Shown: positions 41,060 to 51,024 of the stretch, piece by piece | Position numbering within the stretch: the first letter of the stretch is position 1 | Layout of the letters: each line of letters opens with the position of its first letter | DNA from: Candidatus Coprousia avicola | GTDB taxonomy: Bacteria > Actinomycetota > Coriobacteriia > Coriobacteriales > Coriobacteriaceae | Length of the DNA stretch: 64,000 nt | Assembly (NCBI GenBank): GCA_018715125.1 | Contig: DVMF01000007.1 | Span: 38,452 to 102,451, forward strand | Reading direction: 5' to 3' | Notes under the pieces: model-generated | The model's input: only the letters and a program-made list of their open reading frames with translations | What the model was told of the DNA's origin: nothing | Databases searched by the model: none | Program-made: the position numbers and the translations under genes

Positions 41060-42223
41060 TTACTTGATCACGCGCACGCGGTACACGGCGGGGATGCGCT
41101 TCAGCGCCTCGATGGTGGAGCCGTCGAGGTGCTCGTCGGTGTCGAACATCGTGTAGGCGTTCTCGCCGGCGCTCTCGTTCACCATGCGCTGCACGTTGGC
41201 GTTGTCCTTCGCGAGGATGGCCGTGATCTGGCCGATCATGTTGGGGACGTTGGCGTGCAGGCACGCGATGCGGCTCGCGGCGCGCGCCTTGCCCATGGAG
41301 CAGGCGGGGTAGTTGACCGAGTGGGCGATGTTGCCGTTCTCGAGGTAGTCCTTGAGCTCCGAGATCGCCATGTCGGCGCAGAGCGCCTCGGCCTCGCCCG
41401 TGCCGGCGCCCGAGTGCGTGGTGATGAACGTGTTGGGCATGAGCACGGTCTTGGGGGTGGCGAAGTCGGTGGCGAACCAGGAGAGCGTGCCCTCGTGGAG
41501 GGCGGTGTCGACGGCGTCCTCGTCTACGATGGTCTCGCGCGCGAAGTTGATGAGGATGGCGCCGGGGGCGAGGAGCGCGAGCTGCTCGGGCCCGATCATC
41601 CCTATGGTGTCGGCCTTGCTCGGCACGTGGAGGGTGAGGTAGTCGCACCCGCGGCACAGGTCCTCGAGCGTGCCGACGCGCTGCACGTCGCGCGAAAGCT
41701 CCCAGGCGTGCTCGACGGAGATGAAGGGGTCGTAGCCGTACACCTCCATGCCGAGCGTGACGCAGGCGTTGGCGACCTTGGAGCCCACGTTGCCGAGGCC
41801 GATGACGCCCACGCGCTTGCCGGCGAGCTCGCGGCCGACGAACGCCTTCTTGGCGCGCTCGGCCTCGGCCATGATGTCGGGGTCGGCCTCGTGCGCGCGC
41901 ACCCACTGCATGGACTGCACGATGCCGCGGCTCGAGAGGATCATCATGCAGATGACCATCTCCTTGACGGCGTTGGCGTTGGCGCCCGGCGAGTTGAACA
42001 CCACGACGCCCTGGCGCGCGTACTCCTCCACGGGGATGTTGTTGACGCCCGCGCCGCAGCGCGCGATGGCGCGGATGCCCGCGGGGAGGGTGACGCCGTG
42101 CAGGTCGGTCGAGCGCATGAGGATGGCGTCGGCCTCGTCGATGTCGTCGACGAAGTCATAGCCGTCGCCAAAGGTGACGTCTCCGTCCTTGGTGATGTCG
42201 TCGATGGTCTTGATATGGCGCAT
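41060..42223 (-). CDS. serA: D-3-phosphoglycerate dehydrogenase (with ACT domain)
   Basis: ARCGAGVNNI, NSPGANANAV, VIGLGNVG and C-terminal HANVPNMI. Confidence 0.92.
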   Translation of the reverse strand: MRHIKTIDDITKDGDVTFGDGYDFVDDIDEADAILMRSTDLHGVTLPAGIRAIARCGAGVNNIPVEEYARQGVVVFNSPGANANAVKEMVICMMILSSRGIVQSMQWVRAHEADPDIMAEAERAKKAFVGRELAGKRVGVIGLGNVGSKVANACVTLGMEVYGYDPFISVEHAWELSRDVQRVGTLEDLCRGCDYLTLHVPSKADTIGMIGPEQLALLAPGAILINFARETIVDEDAVDTALHEGTLSWFATDFATPKTVLMPNTFITTHSGAGTGEAEALCADMAISELKDYLENGNIAHSVNYPACSMGKARAASRIACLHANVPNMIGQITAILAKDNANVQRMVNESAGENAYTMFDTDEHLDGSTIEALKRIPAVYRVRVIK

Positions 42224-42232
42224 GGGTTGCTC

Positions 42233-43327
42233 CTAACGGTGGTCGTCTTCGAATTCGCGCATGTAGGCGGCGAGGGCCTGGACGGCCTCGAGCGTGACGG
42301 CGTTGTAGATGCTCGCCCGCATGCCGCCCGTCGAGCGATGGGCGCGCACGCCCTCGATGCCGCGCGCGCGGGCGCCGGCGATGAACTCCTCGTCGAGCTC
42401 CTTTGTCGCGCAGCGGAACGTGACGTTGGCGATCGAGCGCGAGGCGGGCTCGGCATGGGGGATGAAGACGCGGCTGTTGTCGAGGAGGCCGTAGAGGACG
42501 GCCGCCTTCTCGCGGTTTTGCGCCGCGAGCGCCGCGAGGCCGCCCTCGTCCTCGGCCCAGCGCAAGATCTTGCCGGTGAGGTAGATGCCGAAGGTGTTGG
42601 GCGTGTTCATCATCGAGTGCGCGTCCGCCTGGCGCCGGTAGCTCATATATGAGGGGCAGGCGGCGAGGGCGGGGCCGTCGCCGATGAGGTCCTCGCGCAC
42701 GATGACGACGGTGGTGCCGGCCGCGCCGGCGTTCTTCTGCGCGCCCGCGTAGATGAGCCCGTAGCGCGCGACGTCGATCGGCTCCATGAGAAAGCAGCTC
42801 GATACGTCGGCCACGAGCGGCACGTCGCCCACCTCGGGCAGCTCGTGGAACTGCGTGCCGTAGATGGTGTTGTTCTGGCAGAGGTAGACGTAGTCGAGGT
42901 CGCCCTCGGCGGCGCGCGCGGCCACGGGGGCGAGGTCGGGGATGCGGTCGTGGCCGGTCTTCTCGCTCGAGGCGAGGACCTCGACCTCGCCGTACTTCGC
43001 GGCCTCCTCGGCGGCGAGGCGCGAGAACAGGCCCGTCACGAGGTAGCCGGCGCGGCCCCGGCGCATGAGGTTCAGGGGGATGCCGGCGAACTGGAGCGTC
43101 GCGCCGCCCTGCAAGAAGAGCACGCGGTAGGTGTCGGGGATGGACATGAGGCGCCGGAGGGTCGCCTCGGCGTCCTCGATGACCTGCGAGAACGCGGGCG
43201 TGCGATGGCTCATCTCCAAGATGGACATACCGGTGTCGCCATATTCCAGAAGCTCGCGCTGGACCTCGGACAAGACGCGCTCGGGCAGGGCCGAGGGACC
43301 GGCGGAGAAGTTGTAGACGCGGGACAT
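42233..43327 (-). CDS. serC: Phosphoserine aminotransferase
   Basis: NFSAGPS, FLQGGAT.QF, AGAQKN, NTP and HRSTGGMRASIYNA. Confidence 0.97.
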   Translation of the reverse strand: MSRVYNFSAGPSALPERVLSEVQRELLEYGDTGMSILEMSHRTPAFSQVIEDAEATLRRLMSIPDTYRVLFLQGGATLQFAGIPLNLMRRGRAGYLVTGLFSRLAAEEAAKYGEVEVLASSEKTGHDRIPDLAPVAARAAEGDLDYVYLCQNNTIYGTQFHELPEVGDVPLVADVSSCFLMEPIDVARYGLIYAGAQKNAGAAGTTVVIVREDLIGDGPALAACPSYMSYRRQADAHSMMNTPNTFGIYLTGKILRWAEDEGGLAALAAQNREKAAVLYGLLDNSRVFIPHAEPASRSIANVTFRCATKELDEEFIAGARARGIEGVRAHRSTGGMRASIYNAVTLEAVQALAAYMREFEDDHR

Positions 43328-43556
43328 GTATCGTGCTCCTTTGCGGTTGAGCGCTGCTGCGGGCGGTCGTGCGCGGCGCGGCGAGGTGCCCGTGGGGACA
43401 GATGACCGTAGCCTAGCATAGTACGGCAGGCGGGTGCGCGCGGGCGCGAGGGGCCTCAGGCGGCGCGCGGGTTAACGTGCAGGAAACGTTTTGCCCACCG
43501 GATGCGCCCGGGCGCCCGGCGCGCCGCCTATAATGGGGGAGACGTGAGGAGGACCT

Positions 43557-44396
43557 ATGGCGACCTACGTTACCTCAGATGCGCACGGGCACGTGCGCGC
43601 CCTCGACCGCGCCCTCGAGCTCGCCGCGCCCGGGTCGGAGGACACCGTCTTCGTGCTGGGCGACATGGTGGACCGCGGACCGGACCCGGTGGGGGTCATC
43701 CGCCTGGTGCGGAGCCTGCCGCGCGCACAGGTCCTGATGGGCAACCACGAGCGCATGATGCTCGACGTGCTGGCCGAGACGGGCGGGTTCGACGATTTCA
43801 TCTGGGGGCTCAACGGCGGCGCCACCACGGCGCGGGGGTTCGACCGCCTGCCGCCGGAGGAGCTCGGCGAGCTGATCGACTGGATCGCCCATCTGCCGCT
43901 CTTTGCCGTCGTCGAGACCGACGAGCGGCCCTGGATCCTCGTGCACGCCGGCATCGATGCGCTCGAGGCACGCGGGTACCTCGCCACGGCGGGCGTCGCC
44001 GTGAGCGATGAGGAGGGCGCCGCCGCGGCGACGGCCGACGACCTGCGCGCCATGATGGCGAGCCAGGACCCGGAGACGCTCCTGTGGACGCGCGCGGAGT
44101 TCTGGAGCGTTCCGACGGGTCTTGTGGGGGCGGACGGCCGGGGCCCCGTGGTGGTCGCCGGGCATACGCCCTCGATCTACCTCGAGCACTTCGCCGACGC
44201 GCCGGCCTGCCCGGGTGTCAACGAGGACGGTCTGGGCCAGATGGTGCCTGTGGGCGCGTGCACGGCGACGGGCGGCGTGGCAGACCGCATCGACATCGAC
44301 TGCTCGGCTGCGGCGGGTGCGGGTCAGGGGCGCGTGGGCGTGCGCCGGCTCGAGGACGGGGCCGTGTTCTACGCGACGATCGAGCCGGGCGAGTAG
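43557..44396 (+). CDS. Calcineurin-like metallophosphoesterase (PrpA/PphA-like)
   Basis: SDAHG, LGDMVDRG, GNHE, VHAG and GHTP. Confidence 0.9.
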   Translation: MATYVTSDAHGHVRALDRALELAAPGSEDTVFVLGDMVDRGPDPVGVIRLVRSLPRAQVLMGNHERMMLDVLAETGGFDDFIWGLNGGATTARGFDRLPPEELGELIDWIAHLPLFAVVETDERPWILVHAGIDALEARGYLATAGVAVSDEEGAAAATADDLRAMMASQDPETLLWTRAEFWSVPTGLVGADGRGPVVVAGHTPSIYLEHFADAPACPGVNEDGLGQMVPVGACTATGGVADRIDIDCSAAAGAGQGRVGVRRLEDGAVFYATIEPGE

Positions 44397-44467
44397 CCAG
44401 GACCGGCCGCGCGCCCCGCGGCGGCGCCACCCGCCCGACCGGTGCCCGACCCGCCCCGGCCGCGCGC

Positions 44468-45955
44468 CTACCGGTCCCTAAACGGGTTGCGCTCCCGGGC
44501 GATCGTGCGCTGGATGCGCCCGTACTCGAGGGCGATGAGGGCAAAGAGCACCGCCATGGTCGCGAGATAGCTCCAGACCGCCCCGGCGAGCCCCAGGAGG
44601 TTCACGAGGACGAGCGAGAGGACGAGCGCCGCGGCGGTCGCGATCAGGTAGAGGCGGATGACGCCGTCCTGCCGGCGCAGGATCGCGATGACGGCGTAGA
44701 GGAAGTCGATGCCCGCCGTGATGCCGCCGGCGACGATCATGAGGAACGAGAGCAGGGCGAAGCGGCTGAAGTCGACGCCGTAGAGGATGCTCATGAGGGG
44801 CAGGCCGACGGCGTGCATGACGAGCGCCATGACGGCCGTGATCGCGGCGATGACCGCCATGACGGCGACGATGATGAGGTTGAAGCGGCGCCGCTTGCGC
44901 GGATTCGCCCAGATGCTCGCGAGCCGGAGCAGCTGCGGCTTGTAGAGCGCGCCCACGGTGAGCAGGATGCCCTGCGCCGGGAAGTAGAGCGCGTTGAAGT
45001 AGAGCTGGTTCTCGTAGGCGAGGGCGCCTTCCATCACGAACTTCGGGACGCTCTCGATGAGGTTGAAGAGGAAGAGCGCACAGAACAGCGGGAAGCACTG
45101 GCGGAAGATGAGGCCGACCTCCGAGGCCGCGACCGGGCGCGACTTATCGGTCTCGAGCAGGGCGAGCGGCGCGCTGAGCAGCCCCAGGCTCGCGACGGCG
45201 GCGACGGCCATCACGACCGAGGCGACCGCGAGGCTGCGCGTGACGAGAAGCGCGAGGGCAAAGGCGGCGACGGCGCCCACCGAGCGGACCGTCTGCGAGA
45301 TGCCGGCGAGGTAGAGCTTGTCGGCCTGCTGGAGGCGGCCCTCGTAGACGTCGGCGATGCCGTCGACGATCTTGTAAATGAAGACGCCTGCGCAGATGAT
45401 CGCCATCTGGGCGTCGTAGCCGCGCACGGCGACGTAGAGCACGCCCGCGACGGCGGCGATGAGCGCGATGGCGGCGCGGTGCGCCTGGTAGGAGGCGAAC
45501 GAGCAGGCCTCGTCGAGGTCGGAGACCTGGAAGGTGCGGACGCCGTAGTACACGGCGATCATGAGGAGCGTGCCCACGATGAACGCCATGGAGAACATGC
45601 CCGCCTCCTCGACGCCGGCGAGCTGCGTGGCGACGACGGTGAGGGCGGGAAACGTGAGGCCCCAGCTGGAGGTGCCGAGCGTGTTCCACACGTAGTCGCG
45701 GCGCCCGAGGTGCGAGGCGTAGCGCTCCTCCTGCTCGCTGAGCGACCCTTCGAAGACGGCCTCGAGAAGGCGCGTCCACCAATCGTTGACGACGCGGGCG
45801 ATAAACGGCTCGTCGCCGGTGCGGCCGCGCCGGCGGCGCGTGCGCGCGGGCTCATCGGTTGGGTGCGCGTCGGCCTGCACCCGCGGTGCAGGTCTCGGCG
45901 TGGGCTTACGGTTCTCGCCTGGTCGGGGCAGGATGGGCACGGCGCTCCCTCTCAT
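44468..45955 (-). CDS. Polysaccharide flippase (Wzx/MATE-like); start uncertain
   Basis: About 12 hydrophobic segments, YGVRTFQVSD and a basic N-terminal extension. Confidence 0.75.
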   Translation of the reverse strand: MRGSAVPILPRPGENRKPTPRPAPRVQADAHPTDEPARTRRRRGRTGDEPFIARVVNDWWTRLLEAVFEGSLSEQEERYASHLGRRDYVWNTLGTSSWGLTFPALTVVATQLAGVEEAGMFSMAFIVGTLLMIAVYYGVRTFQVSDLDEACSFASYQAHRAAIALIAAVAGVLYVAVRGYDAQMAIICAGVFIYKIVDGIADVYEGRLQQADKLYLAGISQTVRSVGAVAAFALALLVTRSLAVASVVMAVAAVASLGLLSAPLALLETDKSRPVAASEVGLIFRQCFPLFCALFLFNLIESVPKFVMEGALAYENQLYFNALYFPAQGILLTVGALYKPQLLRLASIWANPRKRRRFNLIIVAVMAVIAAITAVMALVMHAVGLPLMSILYGVDFSRFALLSFLMIVAGGITAGIDFLYAVIAILRRQDGVIRLYLIATAAALVLSLVLVNLLGLAGAVWSYLATMAVLFALIALEYGRIQRTIARERNPFRDR

Positions 45956-46095
45956 CGTCAGCGGTCGATCGTCGTATTATACCGTGCGCGCCCCGCAGGA
46001 GGGCTTAAGCACGGGGCTGCACCCCGCATCTCGACGGGTCCCGGGCCCGGTCCCCGGCGCGTCCGCGGTCGACCGATATCTTTTTGAACTCGCTT

Positions 46096-46121
46096 GTCAC
46101 AATCGGGCGCGGCAAAGCGTC
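46096..46121 (+). promoter_or_regulatory. ECF-sigma-type promoter
   Basis: GTCACA-N16-CGTC immediately upstream of ATG 46125. Confidence 0.55.
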
Positions 46122-46124
46122 TTC

Positions 46125-46548
46125 ATGATGAGGGGCCCCAAAGAAAATGCGCAACGCGCCGGACGCAGACGACGTCACGCAAGACGTGTTCGTGCAACTC
46201 TTGCGCAGCAAGACGGCGTTTGAGGGCGAGCGGCACCTGCGCCGATGGCTCGTGCGCGTCACCGTGAACCGCTGCCGGTCGCTGTTCCGCACGCCGTGGC
46301 GGCGCGTCGAGGATATCGAGGAGTACGCGCATGCGCTCGCGATGCCCTCGCGGGAGCACGAAGGCCTGTTTGCCGCCGTAATGCGCCTGCCGGAGCGGTA
46401 CCGCGTGCCGATCGTGCTGTTTTACTACGGCGGCTTTTCCACCGAGGAGATCGCGGAGCTTACCCACGCGCGTCCGGCAACGGTGCGCGCACGGCTCTCG
46501 CGGGCGCGCGTGCGGTTGCGCGCGCAGCTAGGAGATGATGGAGCATGA
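46125..46548 (+). pseudogene. ECF sigma factor with a 5' deletion/frameshift
   Basis: ORF 46147 starts abruptly at MRNAPDADDVTQDVF (region 2.2) and has region 4 (LPERYRVPIVLFYY..FSTEEIA). The promoter-proximal ATG 46125 is 22 nt upstream and out of frame. Confidence 0.7.
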
Positions 46549-47300
46549 TGGACGAGAGGGCGGTGCGTGACGCTATGACGTGCCTGCGCGCATCAGACGA
46601 CCTGTACGAACGGGTGATGGCGGAGGCGTCCGGCGCGGGAGGCGCGGGCCGCGCGCCCCGTCGCCGCGGGCGCGCGGTGCCGCTGGGGCTTGCGATCGCC
46701 CTGGCGCTCGGTGTGGCGCTCGCCACCTCCGGCGTGGCCTACGCGGCGCTTTCCGGTGTATTCGGGGCGCAGGTGTGGGGAGACCACGGTCTCGGCGAGA
46801 CCGTTACGTGGAGCTCGGGCGCCGAGGGTGCCCCGGCAACCTGGACCCAGAGCTTCGGCGGGGTCGACCCGGAATCGCTTCCCCTGCGGTGACCGATTGC
46901 GTGCGCGCGGTCGATGTGTCGACGGAGGGCAACGGCTACACGCTCGCCATCCACGAGATGGTGATCGACGAGAACGGCGGCCGCGAGGGACGGCTCGGGC
47001 GCCGAGGCGTGGCTCTCGCCGCTCACCCTGCGCTTCCAGATACCCGACGCCGAGGATGCGGGCGATAAGGAGTTCGTCCCCAGCTACGTCGCCTTCACCA
47101 TAGCGGACGGCAGCGAGCGCGTCGTCTGGGATGGCAGCGCGGGGATCATGAACCACTACCATGCAGACCTCTCGGAAGATGGGTCCATCACCTACGCGCT
47201 CTCGCAGTACCTGCCCGTCGAGGAGGTGCAGAGCCTCGCGGTCCGCGGCCGGATGGGAGTGGGGGAGACCCAAGAGTACGTCCTGACGGTGCAGCCCTAA
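46545..47300 (+). pseudogene. Anti-sigma factor (DUF4179-like), disrupted
   Basis: N-terminal and transmembrane segment, then a stop at 46890-46892. Coding-like sequence continues in another frame (AVTDCVRAVDVSTEGNGYTLAIHEMVIDENG), then returns to the first frame (AWLSPLTLRF...YVLTVQP*, stop 47298-47300). Confidence 0.65.
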
Positions 47301-47439
47301 GCGAATCCGGACATCGCCGCGCCGGCGGCGCGGAAGATGCGGTGATGGATGACACCCCTGTCGGGCCGCCGAGGGGTCGGGCGGCACGCGATATGTCCGC
47401 CGGACCCCTCCCTACTGCTCCCGGATTACGCCGCGTATG

Positions 47440-47495
47440 AAAAGTCACGCTCGCGGTCGGTCGGGGCGTCCGTCCTGACCGCGGGCGTGACTTTT
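47440..47495. terminator. Bidirectional terminator
   Basis: AAAAGTCACGCTCGCGGTC / GACCGCGGGCGTGACTTTT 19-bp stem with one G-U pair, between convergent genes. Confidence 0.65.
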
Positions 47496-47558
47496 TCTGA
47501 AGGGGGCGTGATGCAAGCAAGTGCTCCTGTCGGTGGGCACCGCGGGGGCGCTTCTCGT

Positions 47559-47879
47559 CTAGAGCCCGGCCGGCCAGCGGCAGCTCGTGAGGTCGACCTT
47601 GCCGTTGGCGCGGAAGCGCACGCCCTCCGCCTCGAGCAGCGCGCGCTGCGCGCCCTCGCCGCCAAAGGCGAAGCCGGCGCAGAGGCTCCCGTCGGCAAAG
47701 ACGACGCGATGGCACGGGACGACGCCCGGGCGCGGGTTGGCGTGCAGGGCAAAGCCCACGTACCGCGCGCGCTGAGGAGCGCCCACGAGCCGCGCGATCT
47801 GACCGTAGGTGGCGACCATCCCCGGGGGAATCTGCTCCACCGCCCCGTAGACGCTATCAAAGAATGCACCGCGCTCCAT
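47559..47879 (-). CDS. Single-domain O6-methylguanine-DNA methyltransferase (MGMT/Ogt family)
   Basis: IPPGMVATYGQIA, ARYVG, PCHRVV and QRALLEAEG. Confidence 0.9.
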   Translation of the reverse strand: MERGAFFDSVYGAVEQIPPGMVATYGQIARLVGAPQRARYVGFALHANPRPGVVPCHRVVFADGSLCAGFAFGGEGAQRALLEAEGVRFRANGKVDLTSCRWPAGL

Positions 47880-48075
47880 CGTTCCTCCCGTCCTCAGCCA
47901 TCGCAGTCCCAGCCCGGATGCGGCCGCATGCTCCTTCCGGCGACCGCATTCGGCGGCGCCTTTTGCCCGCACCCGACGGCTCGGCTGCCGATGAGGCGCC
48001 ATGGTAGCAGACGGCGCGCGCCCTTGCGGTATCCTTCTAAGGTGTCTTGATCGCTGTTCTGGTTGGGAGAACCTG

Positions 48076-49719
48076 ATGGATGTTCTGTCCTTCGTGCTGG
48101 CCCTCGTGCCGATCCTCTGGCTTGTGGTGGTGCTGCTCGTGTTCCGCTGGCCCGCGTGGCGCGCCGCCGCGGGCTCGCTCGTCTTGAGCTGCGTGCTTGC
48201 GGCGCTGTGGTGGCATCTCGGCGCCCTCGAGGTGGCGACGGCCGTGGCCGAGGGCTTCCTCATGGCGCTCTGGCCCATCGTCATCGTCATCATCGCCGCC
48301 GTCTTCACCTACAACCTCTGCGTGCGGACGGGTGCGATGGACGTCATCGGCCGTATGATCACCTCGGTCTCGGCCGACCGGCGCATCCTGGCGCTGCTCA
48401 TCGCTTGGTGCTTCGGCGGCTTTATGGAGGGGATGGCCGGTTTCGGCACCGCCGTCGCCATCCCGGCGGGCATGCTCGCCGCCCTCGGCTATCCGCCGCT
48501 CTCCGCGGTGCTTATGTGCCTTCTCGCCAACGGCGTGCCGACCCCGTACGGGTCGATCGGCATCCCCACGGTCTCTCTCGCCGACCTGGTGGGGCTTGAT
48601 GCCGCCGACCTCGCCTTCACGCAGATGGTGCAGCTGGCGCCCTTCTTCATCGTGGCACCCGTCCTCATCGTGCTCGTCGCCGGGAAGGACGTGCCGGGCT
48701 CCGGCGTCGCCCAGCGCCTGCGCGGCGTTATCGGCGTGGCGCTCGCCGCCGGGGTATCGTTCACCGTGCCGGCGCTTGCCGTCGCCGCGTTGGTGGGCCC
48801 CGAGCTCACCGTGGTGGTGGGGAGCATCTGCTCCCTCGGCGTCACGGCGGCGCTCGGGCGCGCTGTCGAGCGGCGCGGCGCGCTCGACGAAGCGTACCGT
48901 CTGGGGACGGGCGAGAGCGCTGGGGCGGGTCCCTCGGCCGGCGCTCCGGAGAGCGCCCCGGCGGGCTCTCAGGCCGCGTCTCCGGTAGACGCCCCCGCCG
49001 CGCCCCTCACCCTCGGCGCCGCCCTGCGTGCCTGGTCGTGCTTCATCCTCATTTTCTTGCTGCTGCTGGGCACATCGAAGCTCGTCTCGCCCGTCAACGC
49101 CGCCCTCGCGCCGCTCTCGACAACGCTTACGGTCTACAGCGGCCCTAACCCCGGATCGCTGAGCTTCAGCTGGGTCAACACCCCGGGCGTCCTCATCATG
49201 GTGGCCGCCCTCGTGGGCGGCGCCATCCAGGGGGCGAGGCCGCGCGTGATGGGGGAGGTCCTCGTCGCCACCGTCAAGCAGATGCTGCCCACGGTCGCCA
49301 CGATGCTCGCCGTGCTCGGCTGCGCCAAGGTCATGGGCTACGCCGGCATGATCTCGTCTATATCCGCCTTCTGCATCGCGGTGGCGGGCGGGCTCTACCC
49401 GCTTCTCGCCCCGTGGATCGGAGCGGTGGGGACGTTCGTCACCGGCTCCGGTACGAGCTCAGGGATGCTCTTCGGGCAGGTGCAGGCGCAGGCGGCCGAG
49501 GCGCTCGGTGCCGACCCCGTGTGGACGGTGGGCCTCAATTCGCTCGGCGTCGCGGCGGGCAAGATGCTCTCGCCCCAAACGCTTGCCATCGGGCTCGCCG
49601 CCGTGCGCGTGCGCGGCAAGGACGCCGAGCTCCTGCGCGCGGTGGCCCCCTACGCGCTCGGCTTCCTCGTCGTGATGTCGATCATCGGCATGGTGGGAAG
49701 CGTCCTGCCCCTCTGGTAG
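48076..49719 (+). CDS. lctP: L-lactate permease
   Basis: FMEGMAGFGT..AI, G.FVTGSGTSS.MLF and GKMLSPQ.LAI. Confidence 0.9.
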   Translation: MDVLSFVLALVPILWLVVVLLVFRWPAWRAAAGSLVLSCVLAALWWHLGALEVATAVAEGFLMALWPIVIVIIAAVFTYNLCVRTGAMDVIGRMITSVSADRRILALLIAWCFGGFMEGMAGFGTAVAIPAGMLAALGYPPLSAVLMCLLANGVPTPYGSIGIPTVSLADLVGLDAADLAFTQMVQLAPFFIVAPVLIVLVAGKDVPGSGVAQRLRGVIGVALAAGVSFTVPALAVAALVGPELTVVVGSICSLGVTAALGRAVERRGALDEAYRLGTGESAGAGPSAGAPESAPAGSQAASPVDAPAAPLTLGAALRAWSCFILIFLLLLGTSKLVSPVNAALAPLSTTLTVYSGPNPGSLSFSWVNTPGVLIMVAALVGGAIQGARPRVMGEVLVATVKQMLPTVATMLAVLGCAKVMGYAGMISSISAFCIAVAGGLYPLLAPWIGAVGTFVTGSGTSSGMLFGQVQAQAAEALGADPVWTVGLNSLGVAAGKMLSPQTLAIGLAAVRVRGKDAELLRAVAPYALGFLVVMSIIGMVGSVLPLW

Positions 49720-49906
49720 GCGACGTCGTATGACAGTAAGCCAAGGGTAACTTATGGAGGACACGTGGAGGGCTCCGACGCGGAACGGCGATGTCACACA
49801 GTTTGCTATAGTTAACTCAACGACGGAGCAGGTACCAGGCGATGAAATAACCTCTTCGTCGAAGTGGATCGCATCCCTCCCCTCTGTGCGATCAACGGTG
49901 TTTGCG

Positions 49907-50104
49907 GCAGGGCCCGCCATCTGGATGAGATGGCGGGCCCTGCGCAGTTTGGGGATGGGGGCAACTTCAGGGCAGTATTGGGGCGGGGCGGCTTCAGACA
50001 GCACGCGCGCGGACGCAGGGAGGGCTCGCATTCCAACCTCTTCAAAGGAACTCGCGTTTAGGTCCCCTGTAATGCCGGAAAGGGGGTCTAAACGCGAGTT
50101 CCTT
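49907..50104. repeat. Two long perfect hairpins in the lctP-Cof intergenic region
   Basis: 16-bp inverted repeat at 49907-49943 and 17-bp (extendable) inverted repeat at 50045-50104. Confidence 0.75.
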
Positions 50105-50147
50105 AAAAGGTGCGAAAACAGAGGTGCGGCAAGCAGAGGTGCGCGAG

Positions 50148-50990
50148 CTATGCCGTACGATGGTCCGGCTCGATAAAGCGTGCGACAACCTCGGCGAGCG
50201 CGCCCGCCTCGCAATCGGTGTCGAGGATGACGTCGCAGGCGGATCGGATGTCATCGGTGGCGTTGGCGACGCCCACGCCGAGCCCCGCTGTGCGGATGAG
50301 GGCGAGGTCGTTGGCCGAGTCACCCATGCCGATGGTGTCGGCCACATCGATTCCCAGGTGCGCCGCGAGGTGCGCGAGGCCCGTGCCCTTGTCGATGCCC
50401 GCCGGCATGCACTCGGCATAGCGGTTGGACGAGAACGTGATGTCGACGGGGAGGTCGGGCATCGCCGCGGCGGCCTCGGAGGCAAGGCGCTTCACCTGGG
50501 CGAAGTCGGGATCCATATAGAGGATCTTGACGATGGGCTCGTCGTCCGCAAAGCCGAGGTCCCGCCAGCCGTCGTCGACAAACTCCACGCCGGCGACCCC
50601 CTCGATCGCCCGGCGCTCCGCCTCGGGGGCGAACTGGATGAGGATGCGGCCGCTCGGTGTATAGGCGTGTACGCACTGGCGGCGCTCGAGCGCGAAGCCG
50701 TAGAGGGCGTCGGCGGTAGGCTGGTCAAGCGTGGCTGAGATGAGCGGGCGGGCGTCGCCCCAGCGGTTGATGAAGGCGCCGTTGTACGAGATCACGTAGC
50801 CGCCCTCAAACAGCGCGGGGTCCACGCCCGCAAAGCTCGCTACGATGGAGGGGTAGGGGCGCCCCGAGCACGGGACGAAGGGCACGCCGAGCTCCTTCAG
50901 GCGCTCAAGCGCGGCGACGTTCTCTGCCGGCAGACGATGGCCGGCGCCGAGCATGGTCTCGTCCATATCGCTGGCGATCAGGCGGTACAT
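50148..50990 (-). CDS. Cof-type HAD-IIB hydrolase
   Basis: ASDMDETML, CSGR, DKGTGL and MGDSANDLAL. Confidence 0.9.
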   Translation of the reverse strand: MYRLIASDMDETMLGAGHRLPAENVAALERLKELGVPFVPCSGRPYPSIVASFAGVDPALFEGGYVISYNGAFINRWGDARPLISATLDQPTADALYGFALERRQCVHAYTPSGRILIQFAPEAERRAIEGVAGVEFVDDGWRDLGFADDEPIVKILYMDPDFAQVKRLASEAAAAMPDLPVDITFSSNRYAECMPAGIDKGTGLAHLAAHLGIDVADTIGMGDSANDLALIRTAGLGVGVANATDDIRSACDVILDTDCEAGALAEVVARFIEPDHRTA

Positions 50991-51024
50991 GGCGTCTCCT
51001 TCCCTAAAGCGCCCGGCGGCGCCG

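Noticed and set aside
49754-50176. 140-aa ORF in the lctP-Cof spacer
   Set aside because: It has no motifs and non-host codon usage, runs through two perfect hairpins, and overlaps the end of the Cof gene.
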